Shown here: piece after piece, positions 12,752 through 26,582 of the stretch
Position numbering within the stretch: position 1 is the first letter of the stretch
How the letters are laid out: every line of letters starts with the position of its first letter
The notes under the pieces: generated by a model
What the model was told of the DNA's origin: nothing
Databases searched by the model: none
The model's input: the letters and a program-made list of their open reading frames with translations, nothing else
Origin: Octopus sinensis
Lineage: Eukaryota
Direction: 5' to 3'
Assembly: GCF_006345805.1 (NCBI RefSeq)
Contig: NC_043005.1
Location: 37,386,001 to 37,450,000 of the forward strand
DNA length: 64,000 nt
Made by a program: the position numbers and the translations under genes

Positions 12752-15700
12752 TTATCAAAAAATTATTATTAATGTCTTCATCTGTATTATTAGTAATGAT
12801 TGCAATACTGGTTTAAAAAAAACATTCTCTTTGTACTTTTCATATTATACAGCATATTTTACACATTATTTTGACTTAATTAAAGCTTCTGATAATTGCC
12901 TTATTGTCTGATTGATTGGTTTATAAATAATTCCAGTGTCTCTATTGTAGTTTTTGTTAGATCTTGTGTATTTATTGCCAGGAAATGGAAATGAATGGAG
13001 ATTTTTTGTGGAGAAAAAGCAGAATGGTGCCTGCATTCTGCAAGCATCTAAACTATCAGAAATAGATAGTCTTCTCTGCAATTAATATTTCTGCTTGGCC
13101 TACCAAATTAACAGAATCTAACGAATGAACAAAAGACTTTAATTTAATGATAATTCTTTCATTCGGGCTGTTTAATACAACTTTTTTTTTTCTTTAGGCC
13201 AACAGAAATCAAGTGTGTATGTGTGTGTATGCATATGTACATATATACACTTTTGTATGTGTGTGTATATGTGCGCATATATATGTGTCATATATACATG
13301 TAATTTATACATACATACAAAAATATAATATAATGACATTTATTCATACATATAATTTATGCAAACCCTCACACATACACACAAACTTGTATATATGCAT
13401 AAAGAAACACATGCATGTACACATTTGCACATACTCATACATATGTATTTGTGTGTGTGCAAGCATGCAACCTGTATGTAAACGAATTCATTATTTTCTT
13501 AATATCGGCCAGACATTCAGATAATTATATTTATTTATTTATTCCCTGCATACGTAATTTTTAATATTTTAATTGTTGACTAATACATACAGCCATATGA
13601 AAAAGTTGAATATTGCTAATCAATGAAGAGAGGTAGTTGCTAATTAAGAGTGCCTTTGTGTTTAGCTCATCTGCACCCACAGAAACAAGCTATGACTGGA
13701 AAGGTTATACTTGAAAGTTGAAAATCAAAAATCTTTATGATTTAGAATTATGATCAAAGTCACTTAATTAGTCAATATCCAAAAAATATTAAGTCAGAGC
13801 AGCAAAAAGTATTTCTTCATTGTTGCATATGTGGTTAATACAGAATAATATTTTATTGCGATAGGTTGGTGATCTTTGTACAGGACTAAATATTTTCAAA
13901 TATGACAATAAAACTTTTTGAACCATTCCAACTCTGACTCCAACTTCATCCCCTCCACACCATTCCCCCACAAATATGCAAATGGCAGATCATTTCCTTA
14001 CAAAAGAAAGAGATGTGAAACATGCATAAAATGAAACAGCTGCAGAAAATGATTCTGTTGTCCTCCATAATGTACAAATATATGCAAAGAAAGGAAGATA
14101 AAGGCCCAACTTGTAGTAATAGTGATGTAAGTAGAGCTAGTAGAGCCATCACTTCTAAGTGAGTATACCTTGGTAATTATGCACGATACTGTTGCTAATT
14201 GTTTTAAGTGCCTATGTGTTATATTCATAAGCCTACATAGACACCCTCTTGATCCTTTCAACTCTGATACTCTAGAACATCAAGGATGTGACAACAGGGG
14301 AGAGAGAGGTCAAGACTAGGATAAGACTGATACTCATTTACTCCTGAGTGGATGGGACCAATATGAAATGAAGTGTCTTGCTTAAGGACACAACTGAATT
14401 CACAAACTGATGATCATGAGCTACACAGCTTAACCGCTTAGCCATGCACTTTACAATATTGATATCACGAACAAATCAACTAATATATATGAACTGAGTT
14501 TATTATAGTGCAATGTATAATTATCTTCACCTTCATCATCATCGTTATTTAACATCCATAGTCAATGGTAGCATGGGTTGGATGGTTTGGCCAGATAAGA
14601 CAAATTTGGAAACTACATCATGCTCTAATGTTTGCTTTGGTATCATTCTACTGTGGTTGGACGCCCTTATTAATGCCAATGAGATAAAAAAAACTTTTAT
14701 TAGTGAGGCAGTTATGAACAATTCTAACTAAAACAATTATAGTATATAGAAAATATCTGAACATTAAATTGAGGATTGTATTTACTTTAAAAGAGGGAAG
14801 GAGGGGTCAAGCAAAAGATTGATTTGTGGCATTGCACATACAGTCTCAAATCACCCTGACACCCCAAAGGCAATTCCATTCACCTAGATCTTGTTGCTAG
14901 TCTACTGTCATGTAGTTAGTGTAGAGCCATTTAGCCACACCAGTTGTGCTACACTTGCTCACCTTTCATAAGATTTACTGAAGAGCAACACCAGTTTTTC
15001 TCTCTCTACTCTCACCATTTTGTTTATGTTTTACTTGAAGAAAGTGAGTACTTTGTCAGAGAGAGAAGGCTTGTTCAACCATGTACACTTCACAACTACA
15101 TTAATTATAACTACCAGACAAAGGCAAACTCTCCGTTCTTCTTCAAACAAATAAAATCCTAGATGATACCTAGATTTATCCTGCTTATTATAACAGTTAT
15201 TTAACATAAAGTCACAAATCAGGATCTTTAGGACACTGAACAAGTACATAATACCTGCATGCATCTCAGCTAGTACCTTTACACTCTATTCTAAGCAGTC
15301 AAAATTTCTTTAGAACTGCAAAGCCAAAGACTTTTGGAAGTTATCCATAATCTCCAATGTGAAAAACCTTGCACAAAAAAGAAAAATAGATCACTCAGAA
15401 TGTACATGGCAACACCCACAATCACTCCCAGACAGTTGCCATTCCTGTCCTTTATCAATGCATTATAGAATACAAGAGTTCACTTTCTACCAACTGCATT
15501 GTTCATTAGGGTACAGCAGCAATATTTAGCTACATTTCAGAGGCAAAATGACTCACTTCTCCCCAGTCTGCAACTGTCACATCTGTTCAGTAACATCTTC
15601 ATTCAGAAGTTTCTGCAGTTTTCATAGTCTCTGTGCATGCAATGGCATTCCAAGAGTCTTCTGGAGTGGCTATTGCTAACAAGTCAGCCTCCCAGCCAGA

Positions 15701-16624
15701 AAGATCTGTTTTCCCACTCAGAAAGAAAAGACTATTTTTGCCAGTCTGCTTAAATTTTTCCTGGAACGGTCATGAAGTAGTCCACCATTGAAGTTATAAA
15801 GATGTCTGTCATCTCTGATATTTAAATAATAGATTCTTCGCATACCATTTCTGTTGCAGACCCTGAATCATTTAAATTCTTACCCATTCTTTGTCTGTTA
15901 ATATTGTTCTCTCCACCCACATTTCACATTGATCACTCACACACTGAGCCACCAAATTATGTCCCCTCCATCACCATACATCTCTTGCTCTCCTCCTGTA
16001 CTATTTCTGCTTGTCTCTTCCTCCATTCATGCAACTTACCCAACCATGTGTCACCTCTCTCTCTCTCTCTTTCTCTCTCATCCTTCCTTTGTCTTCTGTA
16101 CCATCATTACTATTTTGCTGCGCCCCCTCTTTTTTTTCTGCACAGTTAGTCATTTACCAGCCACATGTTTCAGAAGCAAACATCTCTAATAGAAGATAGC
16201 AACACCTTAGACTTGTGTCCCTTACTATAACCATGGGCTGATGAAGACCATGGCTGCAATGTGTGTATGTGTGTGTGTGTGTGTGTATACGTGTGTTTAT
16301 GGGTGTGGTTGTGTTAATGTCTTCTTGTTTTGGCATCACATGGTCATTGTAAATAAGTGTCCCTGTCATACCAGTGGTGTCCTTTATTTCCAATTCTCCA
16401 TGTAAACTTCTTTGGCCATGAAGGATATATTACCTTACTTAGTAACAGGTGAGGAAATAGGTGACAAAAAGGGTGTCAGGTCAAAGCAGTAAAAAAAAAT
16501 CTACCTCAATGAATTCTTTCTGACCCATTCAAGCATGGAGATGTAGATGTTAGAATTATAATGATGATTTTGCACACACACACATACACATATATATATA
16601 CAGAGATACACACACATATATATA

Positions 16625-16664
<40 letters not shown>

Positions 16665-16818
16665 CCTACATACATCTCTCTCTCTCTCTCTTTCTCTCTC
16701 CCTTGCTTACTAGCCTCATGGTCTCGGGGTCAGTCCCCCTGCGTGTTTCTTCTACTATAGCCTCAGGCTGACCAAAGCCTTGTGAGTGGATTTGGCAGAG
16801 GAAAACTGAAAGAAGCTG

Positions 16819-16856
<38 letters not shown>

Positions 16857-16858
<2 letters not shown>

Positions 16859-17098
16859 GGAGTAAGCACATAAATGTGAAACAAGGTGGAAAAAAGAGTA
16901 CTCAATTACCGGAGGTAGAGTAATATGCTTTATTTAAAAGCAGCAGAAATATAACAAAAGTTGTTACTCAGAGTTTCACATTCCCATTCATTGGACAGTT
17001 TTAAAAAAAAATTATGAAAACTGTCCAACGAATGGGAACGTGAAACTCTGAGTAACAGCTTTTGTTATATTTCTGCTACTTTTAAATAAAGTACATTA
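16857..17098. mobile_element. Penelope-like pseudo-LTR fragment with 82 bp inverted repeat and decayed hammerhead motif, inserted in (TA)n
   Basis: Arms 16921-17002 and 17017-17098 with a 14 nt loop. Right arm reads ctgt CCAACGA atg-ggaa-cgt GAA ACTC-t-GAGT A acag (core box mutated from CTGACGA). (TA)n on both flanks. Confidence 0.75.
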
Positions 17099-17127
17099 TA
17101 TATATATATATATATATATGTGTATCG

Positions 17128-17375
17128 CCTGGCCCCATGCTGGTGGCACGTAAAAAGCACCATCCGTCCGTGGCCGTTTGCCAGCTCCATCTGGCACCTG
17201 TGTGGGTGGCACGTAAAAAGCACCCACTACACTCACGGAGTGGTTGGCGTTAGGAAGGGCATCCAGCCGTAGAAACATTGCCAGATCAGACTGGGCCTGA
17301 TGCAGCCTTCTGGCTTCACAGACCCCAGTTGAACCGTCCAGCCCATGGAAAGTGGACGCTAAATGATGATGATGA
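17128..17375 (+). mobile_element. (GAT)n-tailed retroposon 3' part with internal gtggcacgtaaaaagcacc repeats
   Basis: ..ggcgttaggaagggcatccagc..ccatggaaagtggacgctaaatgatgatg. Related copies at 3650-3930(-), 28115-28372(-), 37125-37330(-), 52915-53026(-) and more. Confidence 0.8.
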
Positions 17376-18643
17376 TGTATGTATGTATGTATGTATGAAT
17401 GTATGTATGTATGTATGTATGCATGCATGCATATGTTTGTGTGTCTGTGTTTGTCCCCCCAATATTGCTTGACAACTGATGGTGGTGTGTTTACATCCCT
17501 GTACTAGCGGTTCAGCAAAAGAGACCTACAGAATACAAAGAATAAGTCCCGGGATCGATTTACTAAACTAAAGGTGGTCAAATGACTGAAACAAGTAAAT
17601 GAATAAAAGAATATATATATATATATATATATAATTGACAGAGCAGCTTTCTTCCATTCACTATAGTCAAAAAGTTTGTGGTTCACTATCATTCACAATT
17701 TAAACAAGAAAACAAATATTGTGAAAGACAACAATAGATTTGTGTCTTTTTAATTAATTAGTTTTTTTTACTTTGCTTCTTTTTTCTTCTCTTTCTATTA
17801 TTTCTTTACTGTTTTTTTCTCATTAACTTTTCAATGAATTTACTTGTCCCATTCTCCTTACAGAAAAATTCCCAGTAGGGGAGACTGCACACCTCTGTGT
17901 GCTTGCAACTTTCCTCTCATTCACTACATCACCAACAAAAAACAAACACTACTATGTTTCTATATAGGAAGTTAAGCCAGAAGACAAGTTAGCATTAATT
18001 TTTCTGATATCAAATCATTTTACTTGTATTTCTTTATTTTGTTTTTGTATTTTTTTTTAGAAAAAATAACTTCATAGACTTGTGTTTGTTTGGTCCAGAC
18101 ATATAAAAAAGAAAAAAAAATGACAAAAACAAACAAAAATTGCTTTTATCATAATCAATTATCCCCCCTCCTCTTCTTCATTGTCATCATCATTTCCATT
18201 ATCATTGTTGTCATCATCATTATTATCATTATCAGCATCGTCTTCATCTACTTTTACTTCTGCTTCTCCTCCTTCATCTCTGCCTCTGTCTCCTCCTGCT
18301 CCATCTCTGCCTCCTAACTTCTTCTCCACCCACTTCTTCAGTTAAATTAGGTAAAACAAGACCACAACAGATTCAGTAACTCACAGTTTCAATTCCAAAT
18401 GTTGCCAAAGCTAACTTAGCCTTGTGCCCTTATGCCCTTCATCTTCAGAGGCCAGACATTTTTTCAGCTCTTGTAGGTTGCTGACCCTTTACAAGTTACC
18501 TATGTAACCCATAATGGAACATAGCCTACACATCTAAGACAGACTGCCTATTATGCAAACATTTTAGATTGAATTAACAATTAAAGTTACATTGTATTCA
18601 TTTCGCAAGCTTCTTGATACAAAATCATGTGTTAAAACAGATA

Positions 18644-19013
18644 TTTTTACCCCTGTCTTAGAGAAGGCAGAGGTATTGTTTTTCAGTTGTGTTTGTTTAT
18701 TTGTCTGTGGACATGACATCTCAAGAACCGCTGGATGGATTCCGATTAAACTTTCAGGGATGTCTGGCCCCATGACTGGCACAAACTGATTAGCGTTTGG
18801 GATTGATTCGGTACCAGGCAAGGATTCTTGATTATTTTTCCGTTTTTCTTACTTAATTTTTGAGGGTGGTTGGGTTCATTTTTAGTTTTCTTGTTTGTGA
18901 GAGCAGTCGAGTTTATTTCAGATATTCTCATTTTAAAAATCATCTCCGGCTAATCATTGAGAGGACGTTAGTGTTGCCTTGGCAGAGGTTAGCACTCTCT
19001 GAGTGCTCTTGTT
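18644..19013 (+). mobile_element. Helentron-associated non-autonomous element (HINE/DINE-1-like)
   Basis: Begins in a T run with tacccctgtc..ggcagaggta (short IR), followed by a (tgtt/tgtc) microsatellite, a subterminal ggcagagg copy, a 3' stem-loop agcactc-tct-gagtgct and a cttgttt end. Confidence 0.7.
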
Positions 19014-19104
19014 TATACTTGGATTTGGTCATATTTTTCCAGTTAAACACATGCACTATATATTTGGTCATGACTTCAGCTTTATTATTATTATTATTAT
19101 TATT

Positions 19105-19224
19105 TTAGTTACTTTGTCAAAGCTCTTTTGTCACACACTCTGTGACCTCTTCAGGCATGTGGGATTGAGATTTGCTAAAGAGGTCACAGAATGTGTGAGG
19201 AAAGAGCTTTGGCATAGAAACTAA
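19105..19224. repeat. Long hairpin (34 bp core stem, 26 nt loop) with hammerhead-like remnants
   Basis: 19118-19151 pairs with 19178-19211 (2 mismatches, 1 G.U). ttagtt/aactaa extends the base. Confidence 0.8.
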
Positions 19225-19710
19225 GATATTAGTAATAAAGCCAAAGTGAAGACCAGATATATACAGTGCATGTGTTCAATTAGCAAAATATGCTCATCCC
19301 CAAGTATAACAATAATAAATAAAGCTATCTTACTAATTGACAAGCCTTCACTCAGTCAAAAAAACCAATACTGAGTTTTATGACCACCACCTTATAACTT
19401 AGGTCTCTGAGCAGATTCCTCTCTGTTAGGCCAGGTCTTTGGTTTAAAGATATGTTCTTTCTTCCTTCTCACAAGTCATGGAGGTGCTATAAAGAGTTCT
19501 GGGTATTATCCTTTCCTTTTAAATATACAATTAAAAAACAAACTCACTTTGACACATGTATGGCTGTGTGGTTTAAGAAGTTTGCTTTGCATCCATGTGG
19601 TTTTGGTTTACTGTTTTTGTGTGGCACCTTGGACAAGTGTATTCTATAGCCCTGGGCCAAGAAATTTCTTGTGAATGAATTTAGTAGATGGAAACTGTGA
19701 GGAAGTCTAT

Positions 19711-19787
<77 letters not shown>

Positions 19788-21344
19788 TGTGTGTGCGTGT
19801 GTGTGTGTATTTATGTATTTTTTATCTTTTACTTGTTGCAGTCATTAGTTTGTGGCCAGGCTGGGGCACCACCTTGAAAATTTTTTAGTCAGGTGAATTG
19901 GCCCCAGTACTTATTTTTTAAAGCCTTGTACTTATTCTGTCAGGCTCTTTTGCCAAACCAGTAGGTTACAGGAACAAAACACACCAACATGAGTTGTCAA
20001 GTGGTGGTGACGGAAACATCAAATACACACTGCAAAGTGGTTGGCATTAGAAAGGGCAGTCAGTCAAATACACCATGCCAAAGCTGATACAGTAGCTTGT
20101 TGCAGCCCTGTGACTTGCTTGATCATGTCAAGCCCTTCAACCCAGGGCAGCATGAAAAGTGGATACTAAATGATGGTGACACAGTACCAGTAACATATAT
20201 TTTGTTCTTGCATAAAAAGACAATGTTTTGACCTAATCAAAAGACCCATAATGACCCATATCTCTTACCTTCTCAGTTTGAGTAATAAGTATAATTTTTT
20301 TATCATTAAATATTTACATCATATCCACTTTTATCATCATCCTTCTCGGTACATTCATGGAGTAGTGAGGGTTGTATTAAATATAAATATTAGGCAGCAT
20401 GTTGCGACCATAATGATAAAAATGATTTCTTAGACTAGAAAATTAAGTTATGTCATTTGCTGAAAAATAATACCAGCAACACACATACATGAACATGCAT
20501 GCACACTCACAGAGCATAGAGTCTGGTGTCTATTAACTTACACTTTCAGATTATGCAATAATAATCATAATAGTAAACACATTATCAGGGCCATCTACTT
20601 TATGCCTACTAGATCACCAATGTACAAATTTATGGTTATGTTATATTGTATTTGTCATGTCTCTTGCCATTTTCTTTCATTACTAAGCCTTATCTAATTT
20701 CTTAGAATAAAAATTAGTTTAGTCAGTTACAAATGCAATATACATGATTATTCCCAAAACTTCTGTAATTGGATTTTGTTTTTTGTTTTCTCGCTTTACA
20801 ATAAAACTCCAATTTTGTTTTTTGTTTTTTGCATATGATATTGAATTAATGAATTTAGAAGATATTTTGAAAGCAGGGCGGAAAACTAACGATAAATAAG
20901 AATATCCTTATGTGAAAAAGGCTGATGGAAAATAGATATTTTCATGCAACAAATGTTCTGTAGCAGGGAATCAGAGCCATATTGAAGACAAAACATTTGA
21001 ATGCTAATCACCATTAATGATTTCAAGTTTTGTTATGGTTATTTGGGTTTTCTTAAACACTGGTTGAAAAAGTTAAAGAAAATCATCATCAACGTTTAAT
21101 GTCCATGGATTGACTGGTTTAACAGAAATTGATGATCTACAGAGTATGCCAAGCTTCAGTGTCTACTTTCTGATGGTTTCTATAGTTGGATGCCCTTCCT
21201 AATGCCAACCACTTGACTGAGCTCACTGGCTGCTGTTTTCATAGCACCAGCATCAGTGGGATCACCAAGTAACTTGTTAGACAAGACTCCTGAACTGAGG
21301 AAGGTATAGTATTGAGGGAGGTGGCTTTATACCATATGTTAAGA

Positions 21345-21700
21345 GGTTCACTCATTCCAAGGTGGCAGATCCCTCATCTAGGATACCACATACTGTAATA
21401 CCTTCTCCAGCAGTAACTTGGTGTGTTCAACTACAAGCCCAGGCTCTGCTGTGAAAAGCAAACTGTCACGATATTGGTTTCTCTCTGACAGATTTATGGT
21501 CAAGCCTGTGGCAGTGACCTGTAGCATCCTTGGCCCCAGACCGTATACCTGTTCACTGTTATTGGGGCAGAGATTGCAGTCAGCAAGTATAAGGCTCATG
21601 TGTCAGAGTGGCTGTTCCAGTGCATCTCCCTTCCCATCCTCTGAAACAATGCATTTTCCATTTTGTCTGCTGGGACTATGAAGCAGTCTGACTTATAGGA
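21345..21700 (+). mobile_element. Probable decayed L1/Tx1-like LINE 3' fragment
   Basis: GC-richer segment with broken frames weakly resembling the C-x2-C..H..C..HVxEW region. Recognition is tentative. Confidence 0.3.
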
Positions 21701-22699
21701 AACTGTACATTCCGTTCTTTAATGTAAAGTTACTCCATATATATATAATAGTGTATGATACATACAAAGAGAGAAAACCACTATGTGGATTTCTTAAATG
21801 CTAAAAGTGGCAGTATGTTTCATACACCATTATATTTCAAAATATCTATCTTCTGACTCATATTACACATGCTAGCCACTGGTAAAAATTTATCTAATAA
21901 TTTTTACCCTTGTATTTATAAAGTTTTATAGATATATATATCACCATCATCATCATCGTTTAACGTCTGCCTTTATTGCTAGAATGGTTGGGATGGTTTC
22001 ACAAGAGTCAGCCAGACAGAAGCCTGCAGACTTCTGTGTCTGTTTTGGCAGGATTTTTACAGCTGGATGCCCTTCCTAACACCAACCACTTTACAGTGTG
22101 GACTGAGTGCTTTTAAGTGGCACCTGCACTTACAGGATCACCAAGTACTTGCAAGAGAAAAAGACTTTCAAGAGGAGTGGGGGCATTGGAGGAGGTGACT
22201 TTGTGTCAGATGATGAAAGGTTATAGTAAGACAGAGAGACAGAAACAAGTGTTATGCTGTAGTGGAAGTACAAGGTTACCCAGCTAGAGAGAGAGAGATC
22301 AAGAATGAAGACAGAATGACAATTATGTCACCAATCAGTAATTTTGGGAGAAGTGCAAATGTAAACACACTTTACATGCACTCACATACTCACAAGGATA
22401 TATATACACTCACAGACGACTATATGCCAGGTTTCCACTTAGTTTCCGCTTCTAAGATCTACTCAAAATGTCTTGCTTTATCCAGGATTACGGAAGAAGA
22501 CACTTTTCCAAAGTGTCAGCTGTAAGACAGAACACAGAACCACATGGGTTGATAAACAAACTCGCTAACCACCCAACCATGCCTGCACCTATATATATGT
22601 GTGTGACTGGGTGGCTATTATGTGTTCATGTGTGTGTGTGTGTGTGTGTGTGTTTGTTTGTGTATGTGCTTATTTGTTTGGGCTGATTCTGTCTTGAAG

Positions 22700-22935
22700 C
22701 AGGTAGGACTTCAGTTGGTTTTTGAATCCGGGTTTTGGAGCTTCTCAATATGATTAACATTGGTGAGCTTACTGTAGAGGATGGTCTGTGAGTGTCTTGA
22801 AGGGGCCATTTGGATGACATGTTCTGACCATCTGAGGCAATGCTTAGGGATGGCAGCTTCAGTGCTTGGCATTTCTGAGTGTTTGAGGACTTCATTGCTG
22901 GTGCATTGGTCATATTCATTTAATGTCGACACATA
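22700..22935 (-). mobile_element. RTE-BovB-like LINE 3' fragment
   Basis: TSNEVLKHSEMPSTEAAIPKHCLRWSEHVIQMAPSRHSQTILYSKL (ORF 22711..23013). Confidence 0.75.
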
Positions 22936-24974
22936 TATAATCATATTCACCATTGGATTTTGTTTTCTGTGCTGGTATAAGTTGGATGGTTTGATATGAT
23001 TTTGGTGAGCCACAGGACCACATTCTACACCATGTCAGCTTTGGCATGGTCTCTATGGCTGGATGCCCTTTCTTATGCAAGTCACTTTACAATGTATACT
23101 GGGTGCTTTTTCCCATGTCACCAATGTTATTGGGGTTGCCAAGTTACTTGCAGGGCAGTAAAGGACAAGAAAAGGAAAAAAGTCTGAAAGGGGAAGGTCC
23201 ACTCAACTGATGGAAATATTTGGAGGGGTGGTGAGGAGAGTTCATGTTAAGGACAAGTGGGTGTGTCTTACTATAGAAAAGATAGATGGCTATCCTGCAT
23301 TTATATAAGGATGGATGGGAGTATCTCTGAGAAAGGTAAAGTGGTATTGATGGGGTACTGGAGCAAAACTCTCAAGATGCAAGAGATGATACAGGTAGTA
23401 AATCAGGTGGGGATAGTAAGAGATGATTGAATATGTGGGTGGAGGTGAATGAAGTGACTCATGAATAAGGGTGGCGGTGTGGCTTCATGGAAAATATCAT
23501 TATGGCAGGGTATAAGAAGAGTGAGATACGATTGGCTCAGGGACGATAGTTCAGGGAGAAATAGGTGCAGGGGGAGGAAGATGTAGAGATATGTGAGGGG
23601 TTGTTAAAGTGTGGGCATGGTGGTAGACAAGAGAGGGCCCTGAGAAGGGAATGATCTATATGTGTGATTATGTAAATATATATATATTTGTATGTATTCA
23701 CACACACATACATGTAATATGTGTGTGTGTGCATTTAAAAGTCTACTCCATTTAATCTAACTTGAAAAATAGATATGAAACTAAAAACAAAAACTTTTTT
23801 TTTTGTCTTTGGTTTCTTTTAGATTTCCAATTATATCTTCCTGCAATTATTTGTCAGTTCATTCATGTAGAATTAACTATTGAGAGTATCTAAGATCTCA
23901 ACAGAAATATTTAACCCAAAACTCATTGATGCAAAGTAATTTTTTCAGTTCTTATTAATTTCTGAAAATAGTTCCTGGCTAGAGGCAATCGAAAGAGCAA
24001 ATTTTTTTATATTTGTCAGATAGAGCAACATTCCTCTCTTCTTTCTTTCACTTCTCTCTCTTTCTCTTTCTTCTTTTTCATATATTTCTGTTTTTCTTAA
24101 TATGTCAACGTTGCCTTTACCATATTTAGTCTTCCATTTTCTTTACTTCTTTTTTTTTTTTGCATAAATAATATCTTGGTTATTTCCTCTCTATCATATT
24201 TTCAACTTCTCAGTTCTTTTTAAACACACTTTCACACAACACACATACACACTTTCACTTTTAACACATTAATACCAGAAATTTAATAAATTTATATATC
24301 TGTATTATTAGCTCAATCAATGACTTATCCACTTATGTAAAGTGAAAAAAAAAAATAAAACAGATTTCAAATCTGGTTAGAATAGCTTGAAAATGATCCT
24401 CCTTCAGATTGACATGAGAATCTCCTCAGCTGAAGAATTCACCTTTTGGGTCAGAAGCACCATGGACTCAGTTGGAGATATTCAACAACCTGAGAATGAC
24501 AACTGGATGATCAAAAGTTGTTTTGGTCAGCAGGGGTAACAAAACCAGTCCAACCACCGGTGAATATAGAGAGGCACACCATACTGTGGGGTACTACCTT
24601 GTCTGCCTCCTATTACATTAACTTGCTAACCAAGACCCCTCAACTGAGAGGTTGGGTAGTATTGAGGTATATGAAATTATGATAGAGGGAGAAGAGCAGG
24701 TGTCTTACTGAAGAGGTGAGTCTATACATTAGCTAGGTAATAGATATCCATTTCTAGGGCATCAGACAAAAAGCTTCATGGTATTTGTTCCAACTCTCTT
24801 TGCTCTGAGTTCAAAACCCATCAAGGCCAATTTTACATTTCACCTATTTGGGGTTGATAAAAATAGTGCTAATCCAAGAGGATGATTTGGTAGATTAGTA
24901 AGAATTCTGAAGCAGATACCTTGAAGATCATGTTCCATCTTTTTGCATTCTCAATAGAAATCTTACCTATTTCG

Positions 24975-25196
24975 TTATTACCCACAAGGAGCTAAACATA
25001 GAGGGGACAAACAAGGACAGACATAGGTATTAAGTCGATTACATCGACCCCAGTGCATAACTGGTACGTAATTTATCAACCCCGAAAGGATGAAAGGCAA
25101 AGTTGACCTCGGCAGAACTTGAACTCACAACGTACCGACAGATGAAATACTGCTAAGCATTTCGCCAGGCATGCTAACGTTTCTGCCAGCTTGCCA
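24975..25196 (-). mobile_element. tRNA-SINE, same subfamily as 42651
   Basis: Reverse complement of the head, core and gtttagc(t)ccttgtgggt tail. Confidence 0.85.
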
Positions 25197-26369
25197 TCAC
25201 CTTCTTGAGTGGTCAATGTAAGACATCACCTAGTTCCTTGTGTGCCTTTGTAGAATCTATGTTATTGGAAACTTTGAGCCAGGTCACAAGTTTGAGGATA
25301 TCCTCCACCCATCCACCTGTCATAAAAGCCCTGTCAAAGGTCATGGACGCAGCCTGACTTCCTGTCTCAAATATAACAAAATAGTTCTAAACAGACAATG
25401 CTAGATATTCTTGTTGGCATTTATCAAAATTTAGTTAGCCTTTTTCTTAGATTTGGTTGGCCATTTAACTGGTTAATATCTGGAATCCGAGATAATTGGT
25501 GATGTTCTGGAATGGCTACAAATTAGTCTATAGTAGAATTTATGGAAAATTTGCCATGAAGGTATTTCTGTTGAATTCTAGTAATCATCCGGTTATCAGT
25601 ATTATGCAACTAAGTTAAAATATGGTTCAATTATTGATAAAGATTGATATATTTTTATATTGAATTAACTACACCAACAAAGTATTGAGTATCTACACTA
25701 GAGGGGCTTACTGTGTTATAAGACTTGACCAAGGGAACATTAAAATTCCTATAGCATCAAGGGTTTTTCACCTGTGCTTTTGGTATGTTTCAGATACAAT
25801 AAAAGTTAATTGTTATTCAAATGTTTATTTCAACGAGACCGTAATGATTGCAGATAATAGATTAGAGTGAGAGGGTATAGTAATCAGTGATACAGAAAGG
25901 AGGTGGGTCGTTGATGCTAAGCTATCAGGGGATATGCATGTGTATGTGTGTTTGGTGTGTATTATCATCATAATTATTTAAAGTTCACTTTTCCTTGCTT
26001 GCATTGATCAGACAGAATTTGCTGGGGCAAATTTTCTTTGGTCAGATGCCCTTCCTGTCACCAACCCTCACTTGTTTTTTAGAAAAGTAATATTTTTCAT
26101 GACCAGGCATGCTTTTCATGGAAACAACATTATTTCTATCGGGGAGCTGCTCATGTCAAAACAAAGGTAACATGCACACACACTCACACACACAATGGAC
26201 TACTTTCAGTTTCCAACAACAATATCCACTTACAAGGCTTTGTTTGGCCCAGCACTGCAGTAAAAAAGCATTAACTCGAAGTGCCATACAGTTGGGCTGA
26301 ACCTGAGACCACATGGTTGGGAAGCAAACTTTTTAACCACCCACGCATGCCTATATATTTATTTTTTTA

Positions 26370-26582
26370 TTGTCCACAAGGGGCTAAACATAGAGGGGAT
26401 AAACAAGGACAGACAAAGGGATTAAGTCGATTACATCAACCCCAGTGCATAACTGGTACTTATTTAATCAACCCCAAAAGAATGAAAGCAAAGTTGTCCT
26501 CGGCAGAATTTGAACTCAGAACGTAATGGTAGATGAAATACCACTAAGCATTTTGCCCGGCATGCTAACAATTCTGCCAGCT
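26370..26582 (-). mobile_element. tRNA-SINE, same subfamily as 42651
   Basis: Reverse complement of the head, core and tail. Confidence 0.85.

Noticed and set aside
17862-17966. Very long polypyrimidine tract plus acceptor followed by EKFPVGETAHL..
   Set aside because: No credible donor, frames close quickly, and T-rich tracts are abundant in this window.
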